DNA of 64,000 nt from Candidatus Woesearchaeota archaeon (GCA_016185705.1 JACPMZ010000010.1:913-64912); one strand, 5' to 3'. Shown: positions 46,803 through 57,242, numbered from the stretch's first letter. Numbers and translations are program-made. Notes: generated from the sequence alone by a model not told the origin.

Positions 46803-48182
46803 ATGGCATCCATTAAGATTGGCTTGGAGGTTCACGGCTACCTGCATATGGATAATAAGGCCAAGCTGTTTTGCGACTGTAAGGTTGACGCAGCTCAGCC
46901 GAATGAGGGCATCTGCCCTATCTGCACCGGCATGCCTGGCAGCAAGCCGATGGCAGCAAATAAGGATGCGGTTGGCAAGATAATTTCCATTGCAGGCATG
47001 CTTGACTGCAGAATTAACACCCGCCTTTTGTTCCAGCGCAAGCATTATGACTGGCCGGACATGCCAACCGGCTATCAGCGCACGATGTCGGGCAGCTATT
47101 CAGTTCCTGTCGGCGAGCGCGGCATGTTTCTTGGCATTGGCATCGCTGATGTGCATCTGGAAGAAGACCCTGCAAAATGGGACCCTGAAACCGGGCTTGT
47201 TGATTATAACAGGTCCGGCTTTCCTTTGGTTGAGATTGTGACTAATCCTGATTTCACCAGCCCGCAGCTTGTCAGGGAATGGCTGAAAAAGCTGGTTACG
47301 ACTTTGTCTTACATTAATGCGATTGACGCTGGTGCAGGAATTAAGAGCGATGTTAATGTTTCTGTTGCCCCTGATTTCAACCGCGTTGAGATTAAGAACG
47401 TTAATTCCTTTAAAAGCATTATTCAGGCGATTGAGTATGAAGTTAGAAGGCAGGAGCAGCAGGTTAAGGGCGGCAATAAGATTCCGCAGGAAACACGCGC
47501 ATGGAATGATTCTGCAGGAGTTACTGTTTTCATGCGCAAAAAGGAGCAGGCAGCAGATTACATGTTCATTCCTGACCCTGACTTGCCTGTTATCATCCTG
47601 CAGGATTCCGAGGTCAGCAGCATAATCTCCGGGCTTCCTGAAAGGCCTGCGCAGAAGATTGAGCGCTACATAAGGCAGCTGAAGATTGACAGGACAGACG
47701 CTGAGATTTTAAGCTCTGAAATTTACCTTGCTGAGAAGTTTGAGAAGGTTGTTGCCAAAAAAATAGACCCGGTGCTTGCAGCTCGCTGGTTCAGGCGCGA
47801 ACTGCTCAGAGTCTTGAATTACAGCAAAAAGGAATTGCACGAGATTGAAGCAGACGAGCATCATCTTGCCCAGCTTCTAAGGCTGGTTGAGAAAAAGAAG
47901 ATTACTGATGAGGTTGCCAAGCGTTTGCTTGAAAAGCTGGTTGAGAAGCCGTTTGATGTTGAGAAGCATGTGCAGTCATCTGGCCTCACTGCTGTTTCCG
48001 ATGCTGCAACTCTCACTAAGCTTTGCAGGCAGGCCTTGGAAAAGAACAAGAAAGCTGTTGAGGATTACAAAAGCGGCAACGGCAAAGCCCTCAATTTTAT
48101 CGTCGGCAAAATAATGGCTGAGACAAAAGGCAAGGCAAACCCGCAGGAGCTTGCTAAGCTGCTGAAAAAGCTGGTTAAGTGA
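46803..48182 (+). CDS. gatB: Asp/Glu-tRNA amidotransferase subunit B
   Basis: IGLEVH, KLFC, HLEED, DYNRSGFPLVEIVT, RVEIKNVNS, DYMFIPDPDL. Confidence 0.94.
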   Translation: MASIKIGLEVHGYLHMDNKAKLFCDCKVDAAQPNEGICPICTGMPGSKPMAANKDAVGKIISIAGMLDCRINTRLLFQRKHYDWPDMPTGYQRTMSGSYSVPVGERGMFLGIGIADVHLEEDPAKWDPETGLVDYNRSGFPLVEIVTNPDFTSPQLVREWLKKLVTTLSYINAIDAGAGIKSDVNVSVAPDFNRVEIKNVNSFKSIIQAIEYEVRRQEQQVKGGNKIPQETRAWNDSAGVTVFMRKKEQAADYMFIPDPDLPVIILQDSEVSSIISGLPERPAQKIERYIRQLKIDRTDAEILSSEIYLAEKFEKVVAKKIDPVLAARWFRRELLRVLNYSKKELHEIEADEHHLAQLLRLVEKKKITDEVAKRLLEKLVEKPFDVEKHVQSSGLTAVSDAATLTKLCRQALEKNKKAVEDYKSGNGKALNFIVGKIMAETKGKANPQELAKLLKKLVK

Positions 48183-48184
48183 AA

Positions 48185-48336
48185 TTCCGGCTGTTTATGA
48201 AGCAGCTGCCCTGAATTTCCCGGAAACTTTGCGGATTTTCCGGAAGGTTTCCGGCTGTTTTTAAATAATTCTGCGTATTTTCCGACAGTAATGCATGCTT
48301 TTCCGGTTTCTCCGGAAACTTTGCGGATTTTTCCGG
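48185..48336. repeat. Intergenic array of about eight TTCCGG-like units
   Basis: CCGGAAACTTTGCGGATTTT(T)CCGG twice and TTCCGGCTGTTT twice. Confidence 0.7.
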
Positions 48337-48372
48337 CGAACGCATATTAATTTCAGGCAATATCAGTGATGC

Positions 48373-49590
48373 ATGAATCCGAAGCTGGAATTTACGCGCA
48401 GGAGCAACTTAAAGAAGAGCATTCAGGACAGCAGGCAGCAAAAGCATCCTATTGAATTAATCGTGAAGTCAGATTTTTCCAGAAGGGATGGTGCTCTCAA
48501 ACATATCCGCAGGGTTGGCGAAATCAGCCATGTTTATGATTCAATCCCGTTCTTCAGCTTTAAATGTGAGCCAGAGGACGCTTACCGGCTTTCCCAGACT
48601 TTTTATCAGCTTGCTGAGCACAAGGCGTTCAGGTCAGTTGCTGCTTCGCTTTCTGCAATTGACGTCTCAAGCACTATCAGGATTCCGCCTGTTAGCAAAA
48701 GCAAATCTGCCGGGCTGTGGAACCTTGAGGATATCGGCGCTTACGCTGCCCGGGAAGTTGCTTTGGGAAATGGCGCAAGAGTAGCCATTGTTGACACAGG
48801 CGTTGATTACAGGCATCCGGAAGTCAGTGGAAACTTTGGCTCGAAAAAGGGCTATGATTTTGTCCGCAACGCAGCAGACCCCATGGATTTTAACGGGCAT
48901 GGAACCCATGTTGCCGGGATTGCTTTCGGGCAGAATTATGGCGTGGCAGGAGGCGCTGCTGCTTATGCAGTGAGGGTGCTTGATTCAGATGGCAGCGGCT
49001 CTGAGGCTGACACTATCGCAGGGCTTGACTGGGCAGCAGGCAATGGTGTTGACGTAGTCAACCTCAGTCTGGGCGCGCCCTTTGCCTCTGCTGCTTTGGA
49101 GGAAATGTGCTATTACCTGGCCAATAAGGGAGTTGTGCTGGTTGCTGCTGCAGGCAATTCCGGCTTTGGCCCTAATTATCCTGCTGCGTTTGGCGACCCT
49201 GTAATTGCTGTTGCTGCTGTTGACCGCAGCTTGAATCACCCTGAATTCAGCAACATCTATGATACGAATGACATTTCAGCGCCTGGCGTCGGCATTACTT
49301 CCTCTTACATTGGCGGCTACGCCACGCTTTCCGGCACTTCCATGGCTGCGCCTCATGTTTCAGGCAGCATGGCTCTTGTGCTCTCGGCATTAAGAAAGGA
49401 AACTGACCTGGAGCAGCTTATGGAAGACACTGCGCAAAAGCTTAGCAATGGCTTTTTCCCTGAGAGGGATGTTTACGGCGCCGGCCTGCTGAGGGTTGAC
49501 AAAATGGCTCAGGCAGTTTCGCAGATGCGCAATTTCAGGGATTACGGTGCAGAGGCCCTTGCCGCTCTTAAGGAGGCATTATGGACTTAA
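48373..49590 (+). CDS. Subtilisin-family S8 serine protease, no signal peptide
   Basis: VAIVDTG, HGTHVAG, AAGN, GTSMAAPHV. Confidence 0.93.
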   Translation: MNPKLEFTRRSNLKKSIQDSRQQKHPIELIVKSDFSRRDGALKHIRRVGEISHVYDSIPFFSFKCEPEDAYRLSQTFYQLAEHKAFRSVAASLSAIDVSSTIRIPPVSKSKSAGLWNLEDIGAYAAREVALGNGARVAIVDTGVDYRHPEVSGNFGSKKGYDFVRNAADPMDFNGHGTHVAGIAFGQNYGVAGGAAAYAVRVLDSDGSGSEADTIAGLDWAAGNGVDVVNLSLGAPFASAALEEMCYYLANKGVVLVAAAGNSGFGPNYPAAFGDPVIAVAAVDRSLNHPEFSNIYDTNDISAPGVGITSSYIGGYATLSGTSMAAPHVSGSMALVLSALRKETDLEQLMEDTAQKLSNGFFPERDVYGAGLLRVDKMAQAVSQMRNFRDYGAEALAALKEALWT

Positions 49591-49820
49591 GCTATTACCT
49601 GGTCCGGGTTCAGGAAAATGACGAAACAATACGGGCAGCCCGGCTTGGCGAATTGGAGCACTTGCTGCAGGAGCGAGGTGCGCAGATAAAATACGTTGCT
49701 GCGCCGATAGCTGCGGTGATGGTTTATCTTGAGGATTCTGAGTTTGCTCAGGAACTGGAGTTGAGGGGCTATGAGGTTGCTTTACAGGAGAAAAATTTCA
49801 GGGCAATGCATGGCAGTTAA
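49581..49820 (+). CDS. 79-aa hypothetical protein, possible I9-like inhibitor fold
   Basis: GGAGG RBS, overlaps the protease stop; beta-alpha-beta-beta-alpha-beta pattern judged by eye. Confidence 0.65.
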   Translation: MDLSYYLVRVQENDETIRAARLGELEHLLQERGAQIKYVAAPIAAVMVYLEDSEFAQELELRGYEVALQEKNFRAMHGS

Positions 49821-49926
49821 ATTTACAAACTGTCGTACGAATATTAGTATGCCATGATTTCGGAAAATGCTTATTGTGAGAAAAGTGCTGTTGGCGCCTG
49901 AAAGTTATCTGGTTGAGATAGTATGA

Positions 49927-51144
49927 TTACATCCTGACTCTTAGTATCCTGCTTGCATCCTCCTTCACTCTTCCCTCAAATATCGCTGTTGTTTCGCCCT
50001 CTGCCTTCTCGGTGTTTAATGCGTTCATTAAGCTTTTTGTCAGCAGCAGCTCATCATCAGGCAGTGCTGCCTTGAACTGCCCAAGGTGTTCCTTTATCAC
50101 AGCTTCTTCTGTTTCCTCAACGCTCTGCGCGACTGTTTTTATTTCCTCAAACTCGCTGCTTGTTAAAGCTGCAGTGTTCTTCATCACAAAATGCGCGCTT
50201 TTTGCATACAGCATGTCGTAGATTGATTTGAAATTTATCTCAGAAGGCTTTCCGCTTTCCAAAGCCCCTTCAAGTCTTATTGTGACAATGGCGTTGTCAA
50301 AGCTTTTGTCTGATATCCCCTCAATTATCTCCGCTTCAACTTCCCTTGCTGACTTGTGGCTGCAGTCAACGCTTATGCTGAATACTCCGTGCACCATTAT
50401 CTGTTGGAAATCGGCATTAAGAATGTTCTTTTTTTCAACAATGTAGAATCCTCCGCATCCCAGCTTTTCCAGCTCCCTGAAGTTGTTTGGGAACAATGGC
50501 CCTGCATTCGCAATCAGCCCGCGGCCGTATTCCCTTTTGTATGGCTCGTGCACGTGTCCGCCTGCGTAGTAGTCAAATCCTTTTGGGAACTCTGACAGCG
50601 GAGTAGAATCCATTTTCTCAAGCCCTTTCGGCTTGAATTCGGAAACTGCAGTGTGGAACATGAAAATTTTGAAGCCGCTTTCCGCTTCCAGCTTTTCCCT
50701 GTCCAGGCTTTCAAAGTATTTGCGTTCAAGCATTCCTTTTTTTCCTATGACTCCTGTGATTTTGGCGCCTGTTTTTTCGTCAACAGTGAAATTAAGCTGA
50801 AGCTTATTGTCAACAACGCTGCCCCGCATCACATTCACCAGCAGCCCGGCGTTCTCAAGCACGTCAAGCATTGTCTTTCCTGTTGGCGAGAAGTCGTGGC
50901 TGCCTGCAATTGCGTAAACCGGTATGGATTTGTCTTTTATTTCCTTCAGCTTTTTTGCAACTTCCTTCAAACAGTCAATTGAAGGCAGCGCAGTATTGAA
51001 GAAGTCCCCGCTGATTATGATAAAATCCACATTTTGCTGATAGCAGATGCCAACAGCTTTCATGAATGCTTCTGTGCTCGCATTGGATAATTTCGGGTCT
51101 CTCCACGAACCAAGGTGCACGTCTGCGAAATGCGCGAATTTCAT
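49927..51144 (-). CDS. mre11: Mre11 DNA double-strand break repair nuclease
   Basis: ADVHLG, GDFFN, GSHD, FH, GGHVH phosphoesterase motifs. Confidence 0.92.
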   Translation of the reverse strand: MKFAHFADVHLGSWRDPKLSNASTEAFMKAVGICYQQNVDFIIISGDFFNTALPSIDCLKEVAKKLKEIKDKSIPVYAIAGSHDFSPTGKTMLDVLENAGLLVNVMRGSVVDNKLQLNFTVDEKTGAKITGVIGKKGMLERKYFESLDREKLEAESGFKIFMFHTAVSEFKPKGLEKMDSTPLSEFPKGFDYYAGGHVHEPYKREYGRGLIANAGPLFPNNFRELEKLGCGGFYIVEKKNILNADFQQIMVHGVFSISVDCSHKSAREVEAEIIEGISDKSFDNAIVTIRLEGALESGKPSEINFKSIYDMLYAKSAHFVMKNTAALTSSEFEEIKTVAQSVEETEEAVIKEHLGQFKAALPDDELLLTKSLMNALNTEKAEGETTAIFEGRVKEDASRILRVRM

Positions 51145-51261
51145 TCAGGAAAAGGATTTTTTCATGATATAAAATGTTTGTCCAGCCCGTCTTTCCCCGC
51201 TGCCATAGCTCTCGGTTCTGCCTATGAACAGCTCGGCGTACTTGTTGGTTTCCTGAAGAGG

Positions 51262-52773
51262 TTAGCTGTGCAGCCCCACAAATTCTGTCCTGTAATCGGT
51301 TTTTGTGTTTGCAGCAATTTCATCAAACAGCGGTGTCTTCACCGGAACTGCGAATTTGGAAAAGGTGCTTGTTACTATTGCTTCTCCTATGTCCAGCGAT
51401 GCAATTGCTTTGTCGTCCTGGCTCAAATCCTGGGCAGCGCTTTCTATTATTGCCTTGCGCTCAGGCGCCATTTCTATGCCCAGGATTATTTTTGTTCCCA
51501 TGTTTGCAAGGATTTGCCTCGGGATTACTGAGGGCAGCTGCGTTATTGCAATCAGCCCTGTCTTGAATTTCCTGCCTTCCCGCGCTATCCTTGAGAAAAC
51601 ATTTGCTCCCTGCTCAAGCGCGTCTTTTCCAAGGACGCGGGGCGCTTCTTCCAGCACAATGCTTGCAACTGGCTTGTCTCTCAGCTGCCCGGCTGATTTG
51701 TAGTTTTGGTATCTGCTGAACAGCTCAGAGGCGATTATGCTTCCCACCAGTATCTCTGTCTGGCTGCTTAAGCTGGACGTATCCACTATTACAGCCATGG
51801 CTTTCTCTACGTCATCCGCGATATCGGCAACTGTGGATATTCCTGCAGCAGCGTCAAAAATTCCTTTTGCGTAGATTTCGTTGTTCGCTATTTCCAGATT
51901 TAGCAGCTGCTGCAGTCTTCTTCTTATCACAGATATTGTCGCTTCATGGAACAGTGATTTCAGGGATTCGTCTTCCTCCGCCAGCACGGCTTCTATCCAC
52001 CTCGCCCTGTATTTGCGGTAGTACGCATACAATGCTTCACGCTGCGGCTCTGACCAGAAGGTTACGCCGCTGAAATGCGATGGCCGTATTTTGCTTAAGT
52101 TTATTGTCAGTGTCCTTGCGCCTGCAGGCGGGTTGGTGCTGTAGTATGCAACCTTTTCTGATTTTTTCAGTCCATTGTGGTTCCGCCCGTAGTATTCGTC
52201 ATGAGGATCTAATATTAAAAAGCCGGCGTAATCGTTCTGCAAAGCGTTCCATATCAGGCAGGACATCAGATTTGACTTGCCGCGGCCTGTCTGCGCTGCT
52301 ATGAGGACGTGGTGCGAAAATACGTCTGCTCCGTTAAGGTAGACTTCTGCATCCACAATTCGGCTGCCTGACCTCAAGTTGCCGATTAGCAGCGGGTTGT
52401 CCGGCTTTTCCAGGAATTTTACGTCTTCCATCGCTAATTCGTTCACATTGGAAAAAAACTCAGGCAGCGTTTTGCACGGGCTCACCGAGTTTTCCCTTAC
52501 GATAAGCAGCGGCTTGAGAAATGCAAGCGTGTAGTTGCGCAGCTCTGCATCCATCAGCTCAAGGTCATTGTCGCTTTCCAGCTTCATTCCTGAAATCATT
52601 TCAAGGTTTTGCTGGGAGAGCTGCGAACCATATACTAAATTGAAGACCTGCATCAGTATCTTGCCTTCAGCGGTATTGGCTGTCAGAAGCTGCCCGATTT
52701 CCAGCTTTGCATCGGATTTCTGCCTTACAACAACGCTGTCAAACGAGCCGGAAATTACTTGCCCTGCTATCAC
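51262..52773 (-). CDS. herA: HerA helicase/ATPase
   Basis: HAS barrel, [35 protein letters not shown]. Confidence 0.9.
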   Translation of the reverse strand: MIAGQVISGSFDSVVVRQKSDAKLEIGQLLTANTAEGKILMQVFNLVYGSQLSQQNLEMISGMKLESDNDLELMDAELRNYTLAFLKPLLIVRENSVSPCKTLPEFFSNVNELAMEDVKFLEKPDNPLLIGNLRSGSRIVDAEVYLNGADVFSHHVLIAAQTGRGKSNLMSCLIWNALQNDYAGFLILDPHDEYYGRNHNGLKKSEKVAYYSTNPPAGARTLTINLSKIRPSHFSGVTFWSEPQREALYAYYRKYRARWIEAVLAEEDESLKSLFHEATISVIRRRLQQLLNLEIANNEIYAKGIFDAAAGISTVADIADDVEKAMAVIVDTSSLSSQTEILVGSIIASELFSRYQNYKSAGQLRDKPVASIVLEEAPRVLGKDALEQGANVFSRIAREGRKFKTGLIAITQLPSVIPRQILANMGTKIILGIEMAPERKAIIESAAQDLSQDDKAIASLDIGEAIVTSTFSKFAVPVKTPLFDEIAANTKTDYRTEFVGLHS

Positions 52774-52845
52774 GGCTTTGGGAATAGCTGATTCTATTTA
52801 TTGTTTTTGGCAACAAATTTAAAGCTTCACAGATTCGCTTATTGG

Positions 52846-54378
52846 ATGGTGGTTGTAAATACTGCTCTTGGACGCTCGCAGGAACTGGATTTGCACGATA
52901 TCTTGTTTGTTGAGTTTGCGTTAGCCAGAAGCAGTGTTCCTGTTATTACGGCTGATTTTGCCAGGCGCATTTCGTCCGGATACGTTGTTGCAGAGGTTCC
53001 GGGAAATTTTGTCAGGCGGGCATATGAAACTTTCCTGAGAGACGAATATGAAACAGCATGGTTCTATGTTGAGGAAGTCAAGGAACACAACAGGAAGCAG
53101 AGGGAAATTCTTGATGCATATGAACTTGGAAAAATGGAGCAGGAGGATGCCCTGAAAAAAGCTCCTTTAGAAAAAATATTTGACGCGCTGGAAGCTGCAG
53201 GAAAGCCAATTTCAGCTATTCGCACTCAGTACGTCAGCCGCGGTTTCTTGTCAGATATGAGAACAAAGTTTTTGTTAAAGTTTCTTTCTGATAGCGGCTT
53301 GAGCGGGAAGAAGTTTGAAGATGATATCAGGGAAGTCTGTGCTGGAAGGCCGCTGGAAAATGAGGGCACATGGCGTCTTTTAGAGGACAAGCTTAGCATC
53401 AAATATCGTTTGGATGAAGCTCCTCCTGAGACTGATTTCAGGGATGTTCCTCCTTTGATTGATGAGCTTGAGATGGTTGTTGAAGCAGCATTTGCTAACC
53501 GGCCAACTGGAGAGGTTGCGTCCAGTGTTTGGCAGGATGCAGGCATGAATCCGCATGCAGTTTATGAAAAAGTCCAGAAAGCAGTAAAGAGATTAAATTC
53601 TGATTATGCCTTGGTGCAGGTTTTGGAGGGTAATGTAGATGGACGCGTTCAACTGGTATCTGTAGATAAGCACGCGCCTGCAGGTCTTAAAGGTTCTGCT
53701 CCTAAGCCAATTAAAAGCATGCTAAGAACTCCGGTTGAGATTTTAGATGATTTATATGAGCTGCACACTATTTTTATGGACGCTGTAAACGCATATTTAA
53801 AGCGCAGCCGGTACAGTGACTTTTTCGACCTGCGGGTCGATACGAGAATGGAGATTAGAAGAGAAGCGACTTTACAGCTTTTGCGGGGTGCAGAACATGC
53901 TGTCAATAGCTGGTATTTTAATCTTTATCCGACAACCGTCAGCAAAAGATTTGCCGATAAGTATGCAGGTTTAGGCCCTGAGCTTGATAAAGCAATCAGC
54001 GTTGGTTTTGAATATGCCACTATTGAAAATTCAGTGGAGGAGTTGAGGCAGTTAATAATTGACGTGGCGCAGAAATTACCCGAGAGTTTGTTGAATTTGT
54101 TAAGAGTCAAAAATGTTATTGAGTCAGGTGGCAGATTTTTTGCAGCGGTTAAGAAGGCGAAGCAGGATGCTAAAGAGCCGAAGGCCAATGCGCAGGAAGT
54201 GATCACGTACGTTACAGAACGTGTAAAATTGGCTAAATCTGAACAGGAAGGGTACGCGGATGCAGCAGGCGTGTTGGCAGAGGGGCTTGGGCGGTGGAAT
54301 TTTGGTAAATACCATGGCGACACGGTGGTTTCTTCAGGCAGGGTTGGTTTGTACGGCATTGTCCTAACAAAAAATTAA
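52846..54378 (+). CDS. Hypothetical protein (~510 aa)
   Basis: Long ORF, no recognised motif. Confidence 0.7.
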   Translation: MVVVNTALGRSQELDLHDILFVEFALARSSVPVITADFARRISSGYVVAEVPGNFVRRAYETFLRDEYETAWFYVEEVKEHNRKQREILDAYELGKMEQEDALKKAPLEKIFDALEAAGKPISAIRTQYVSRGFLSDMRTKFLLKFLSDSGLSGKKFEDDIREVCAGRPLENEGTWRLLEDKLSIKYRLDEAPPETDFRDVPPLIDELEMVVEAAFANRPTGEVASSVWQDAGMNPHAVYEKVQKAVKRLNSDYALVQVLEGNVDGRVQLVSVDKHAPAGLKGSAPKPIKSMLRTPVEILDDLYELHTIFMDAVNAYLKRSRYSDFFDLRVDTRMEIRREATLQLLRGAEHAVNSWYFNLYPTTVSKRFADKYAGLGPELDKAISVGFEYATIENSVEELRQLIIDVAQKLPESLLNLLRVKNVIESGGRFFAAVKKAKQDAKEPKANAQEVITYVTERVKLAKSEQEGYADAAGVLAEGLGRWNFGKYHGDTVVSSGRVGLYGIVLTKN

Positions 54379-54404
54379 TAATGTAGGAAACAATTGATTT
54401 AGTA

Positions 54405-55040
54405 ATGAAAACTATGCAGCGGGCAGCCAAAATCATTAAGCTGCTCAAAAAAGAGTACCCCGGCGCCAGAATTGCGCTGAACTATGGCAACACTGTTCAG
54501 CTCTTGGTTGCAGTAATGCTTTCTGCCCAATGCACTGACAAGATGGTTAACAAAGTTACCGCATCTTTGTTCAAAAAGTACAAAACTGCCAGGGATTTTG
54601 CAGCTGCAAATCCGAAGCAATTTGAGCAGGAGATTAGGTCAACCGGCTTCTACCGCAACAAGGCAAAAAACATAATTGCCGCAGCAAAAATAATTCAGAA
54701 AGATTTTGGCGGCAAAGTCCCTGACAGCATGGAAGATTTGCTCATTCTGCCGGGTGTTGCGAGGAAGACAGCTAATGTTGTGCTAAGCACGGCTTACGGC
54801 AAAAACCTTGGCGTTTGCTGCGATACCCATGTTATCCGGCTATCCCAGAGATGGCATTTGACAAAGAACAAGGACGCTGTAAAGATAGAGCAGGACTTGA
54901 TGAAGCTAATCCCAGAAAAAGACTGGGAAAAATTTTCTTTGATGACAATAAAGCACGGCCGCGAGGTTTGTTTTGCAAGAAAGCCGAATTGCAGCAGCTG
55001 TTTCTTGAATAAAGTTTGCCCGTCTGCTTTCAGGGTTTGA
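54405..55040 (+). CDS. nth: Endonuclease III
   Basis: LSAQCTD, LPGVARKTANV HhH, DTHV, C-x6-C-x2-C-x5-C cluster. Confidence 0.96.
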   Translation: MKTMQRAAKIIKLLKKEYPGARIALNYGNTVQLLVAVMLSAQCTDKMVNKVTASLFKKYKTARDFAAANPKQFEQEIRSTGFYRNKAKNIIAAAKIIQKDFGGKVPDSMEDLLILPGVARKTANVVLSTAYGKNLGVCCDTHVIRLSQRWHLTKNKDAVKIEQDLMKLIPEKDWEKFSLMTIKHGREVCFARKPNCSSCFLNKVCPSAFRV

Positions 55041-55169
55041 TGCGGCAGCCGGGACTTTCAGCACCGCTGGTGTTCAAAAGCTGCGAACGCCAGCAGGTAT
55101 GTTTGAACCCGGGTAACGAGCTTTTTCCTTTATGGGAAGCTCGGATCTTAGCCGCTGGATCACTGCCGC
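55041..55169 (-). tRNA. tRNA-Gly(CCC) with two introns (55123-55132 at 37/38; 55055-55101 at 59/60)
   Basis: Acceptor GCGGCAG/CTGCCGC plus A73, anticodon stem CGAGC/GCTCG with CCC at 55134-55136, T stem CCGGG/CCCGG; removing both introns gives a 72-nt cloverleaf. Confidence 0.88.
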
Positions 55170-55303
55170 ATGGTTTTCGGGTTATGCGTCAGAATAAAAT
55201 TGTTTCGCATTGAAGAAAAATTGATTGGGGTTCAGAACTGCTGCTGTGCTTGCTAAAGTATTGTTCCGAAACATTTATAGCGCATCCTGAGCTGCTGTTT
55301 TGC

Positions 55304-56050
55304 ATGGCTGTTGTTATTGAAGCAAAAAACCTTACCAAAAAGTTTCCTTCTGTTGTTGCTGTTGACAGCGTCAGTCTCAGGATTAACGAGGGCGAGATTT
55401 TCGGCCTGCTTGGCCCTAACGGGGCTGGCAAGACTACGCTCATTTCCATGCTTACTACTTTGCTCAGGCCTACTTCAGGCAGCGCAGTGGTTAATGGCTA
55501 TGACGTCAGGAAAAATGCGCATGATGTCCGTGCTTCCATAGGGCTTGTTTTTCAGGAGACTGTGCTTGACCTTGACCTTACTGCATATGACAACCTTGAC
55601 TTCCATGCGCGCCTTTACAGCATTCCGAAAAGCGTCAGGAATAGCCGCATTACTGAAGCAGCCAAACTTGTCGGGCTTGACAGGGATTTGTTCAGGAAAG
55701 CTGAATCCTTCTCAGGCGGCATGAAGCGGCGTCTGGAGGTTGCGCGCGGTGTGCTGCACACTCCGAAGGTTTTGTTCCTCGATGAGCCCACGCTTGGGCT
55801 TGACCCGCAGACTCGGCGGAAAGTCTGGGAATATATCAGCCAGCTGCGAAAGAAAGTTACTGTTCTCATCACTACGCATTACATGGAGGAAGCTGATTAT
55901 TTGTGCGACAGGGTTGCTATCATGGACCGCGGCAGGATTGTTGCATTGGGCGCTCCGGATAAGCTGAAGAGCAGCTTGCGTTCGCGAAAGCCCACTTTGG
56001 AGGATGTTTTCATTAAGCGCACAGGAGGCATGATTAGGGATGAGGTTTAG
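55304..56050 (+). CDS. ABC transporter ATP-binding protein (DrrA-like)
   Basis: GPNGAGKT, FSGGM, LFLDEPT, TTHYMEEA. Confidence 0.94.
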   Translation: MAVVIEAKNLTKKFPSVVAVDSVSLRINEGEIFGLLGPNGAGKTTLISMLTTLLRPTSGSAVVNGYDVRKNAHDVRASIGLVFQETVLDLDLTAYDNLDFHARLYSIPKSVRNSRITEAAKLVGLDRDLFRKAESFSGGMKRRLEVARGVLHTPKVLFLDEPTLGLDPQTRRKVWEYISQLRKKVTVLITTHYMEEADYLCDRVAIMDRGRIVALGAPDKLKSSLRSRKPTLEDVFIKRTGGMIRDEV

Positions 56051-56795
56051 CGAAATTCATACTCTTTGGAGGCGTGTTATCAAGCTGAGCTTGGCTGACA
56101 AGGCAAGCATTCTGCTTTCCCTGGTTTGGCCTCTTTTCCTGATTTTCATTCTTGGCATGGGTTTTGACTCTTTTGTGGAATTCAAGAGCGTTGAAACCAG
56201 TTATACAGCTTTTCTCGGCCCGGGCATAATTATCATGATGGTGTTTGCGGGCAGCGCTGCTGTTGGCAACTTAATCATTAAGGACAAGGAGGGTTTTATC
56301 AGGGAGCTTCTGGTTGCGCCTATTTCAAGGGCTTCAATTTTTGTTGGAACTGTTCTGGGAACTATGACAATCAGCTTCATTGTAATGATTATGGTTGCGA
56401 TGGTTTTCCTTGAGTACATTGGCGCTTTAAGCGTTCAGAATCTGCTTTGGACCCTGCTGTTCATGTTCCTTGCTGCCTTTGTTTCTTACGGCGGCAGTGT
56501 TGTCATCAGCTTTTTGTTCAGGAAGCCCGGCGCTTACCAGCAGTTTGTCGCGCTGTTCAGCTTTGTGATAGTTTTCCTTTCAGGCGCTTTCTTTCCGTTG
56601 AAGGATTTGCCTGTCTGGATGAAGTCATTGGCTTATGCTAATCCGATTACTTACGCTGTTGACGGTCTCCGCGGCCAGCTGATTGGCATAGCCCAGTTTT
56701 CTCTGGCAGCAGACATTTTTGCGCTGATAGGATTTGCAGTTCTTTTTACTGTTTTGGGCGCTTTGTTTTTCAGGAAATCTGTTGGCGCTGCTTAG
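56040..56795 (+). CDS. ABC-2 type permease
   Basis: ELLVAPISR, FLSGAFFPL, NPITYAVDGLR. Confidence 0.92.
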   Translation: MRFSEIHTLWRRVIKLSLADKASILLSLVWPLFLIFILGMGFDSFVEFKSVETSYTAFLGPGIIIMMVFAGSAAVGNLIIKDKEGFIRELLVAPISRASIFVGTVLGTMTISFIVMIMVAMVFLEYIGALSVQNLLWTLLFMFLAAFVSYGGSVVISFLFRKPGAYQQFVALFSFVIVFLSGAFFPLKDLPVWMKSLAYANPITYAVDGLRGQLIGIAQFSLAADIFALIGFAVLFTVLGALFFRKSVGAA

Positions 56796-56827
56796 CACAC
56801 CTCCTTGGAATGCATCTTTCAGTTCTG

Positions 56828-56878
56828 GCGCTTTATTTCCGCCTCCCTAACTTTCGAAGGGAGGTGGAAATAAAGCGC
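56828..56878. repeat. Family A central palindrome, copy 7
   Basis: GCGCTTTATTTCCGCCTCCCT-N9-AGGGAGGTGGAAATAAAGCGC; downstream CAGGCATCGG...ATTGCAG shared with copy 3. Confidence 0.82.
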
Positions 56879-56962
56879 GGTGTGAGATGCTGTAGATTAG
56901 AGGATGAAATTGGGGAACAGGCAGCCGCACGTACAGGCATCGGACGCCATAATTGCAGTGTT

Positions 56963-57241
56963 TTACCGCGCCAGAAAGCTTAATACGGATTTCTGCAGCA
57001 GCCATACTGCCAGAACGTAAACAAATAGCGTGTGCAGCCCGAACACAGCCATTGCCAGTATGTACAGCGCTGTTATGAAGTCTCCGAAGCTTGCAAAATC
57101 CTTGGGAAATGCTAATGCTTTGCCTGCCAGGTAAACGGCAAATCCAATCCCCAGTCTTGCTCCAATCAGGTCAAAGTGCAGCAGCAGCATTCCTGCAGCT
57201 GCCAGCAGGTCCAGCGCTCCAAGCACCCACAGAACGACCAT
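56963..57241 (-). CDS. Small hypothetical membrane protein
   Basis: 92-aa hydrophobic ORF coupled to the upstream gene. Confidence 0.7.
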   Translation of the reverse strand: MVVLWVLGALDLLAAAGMLLLHFDLIGARLGIGFAVYLAGKALAFPKDFASFGDFITALYILAMAVFGLHTLFVYVLAVWLLQKSVLSFLAR

Positions 57242-57242
57242 C

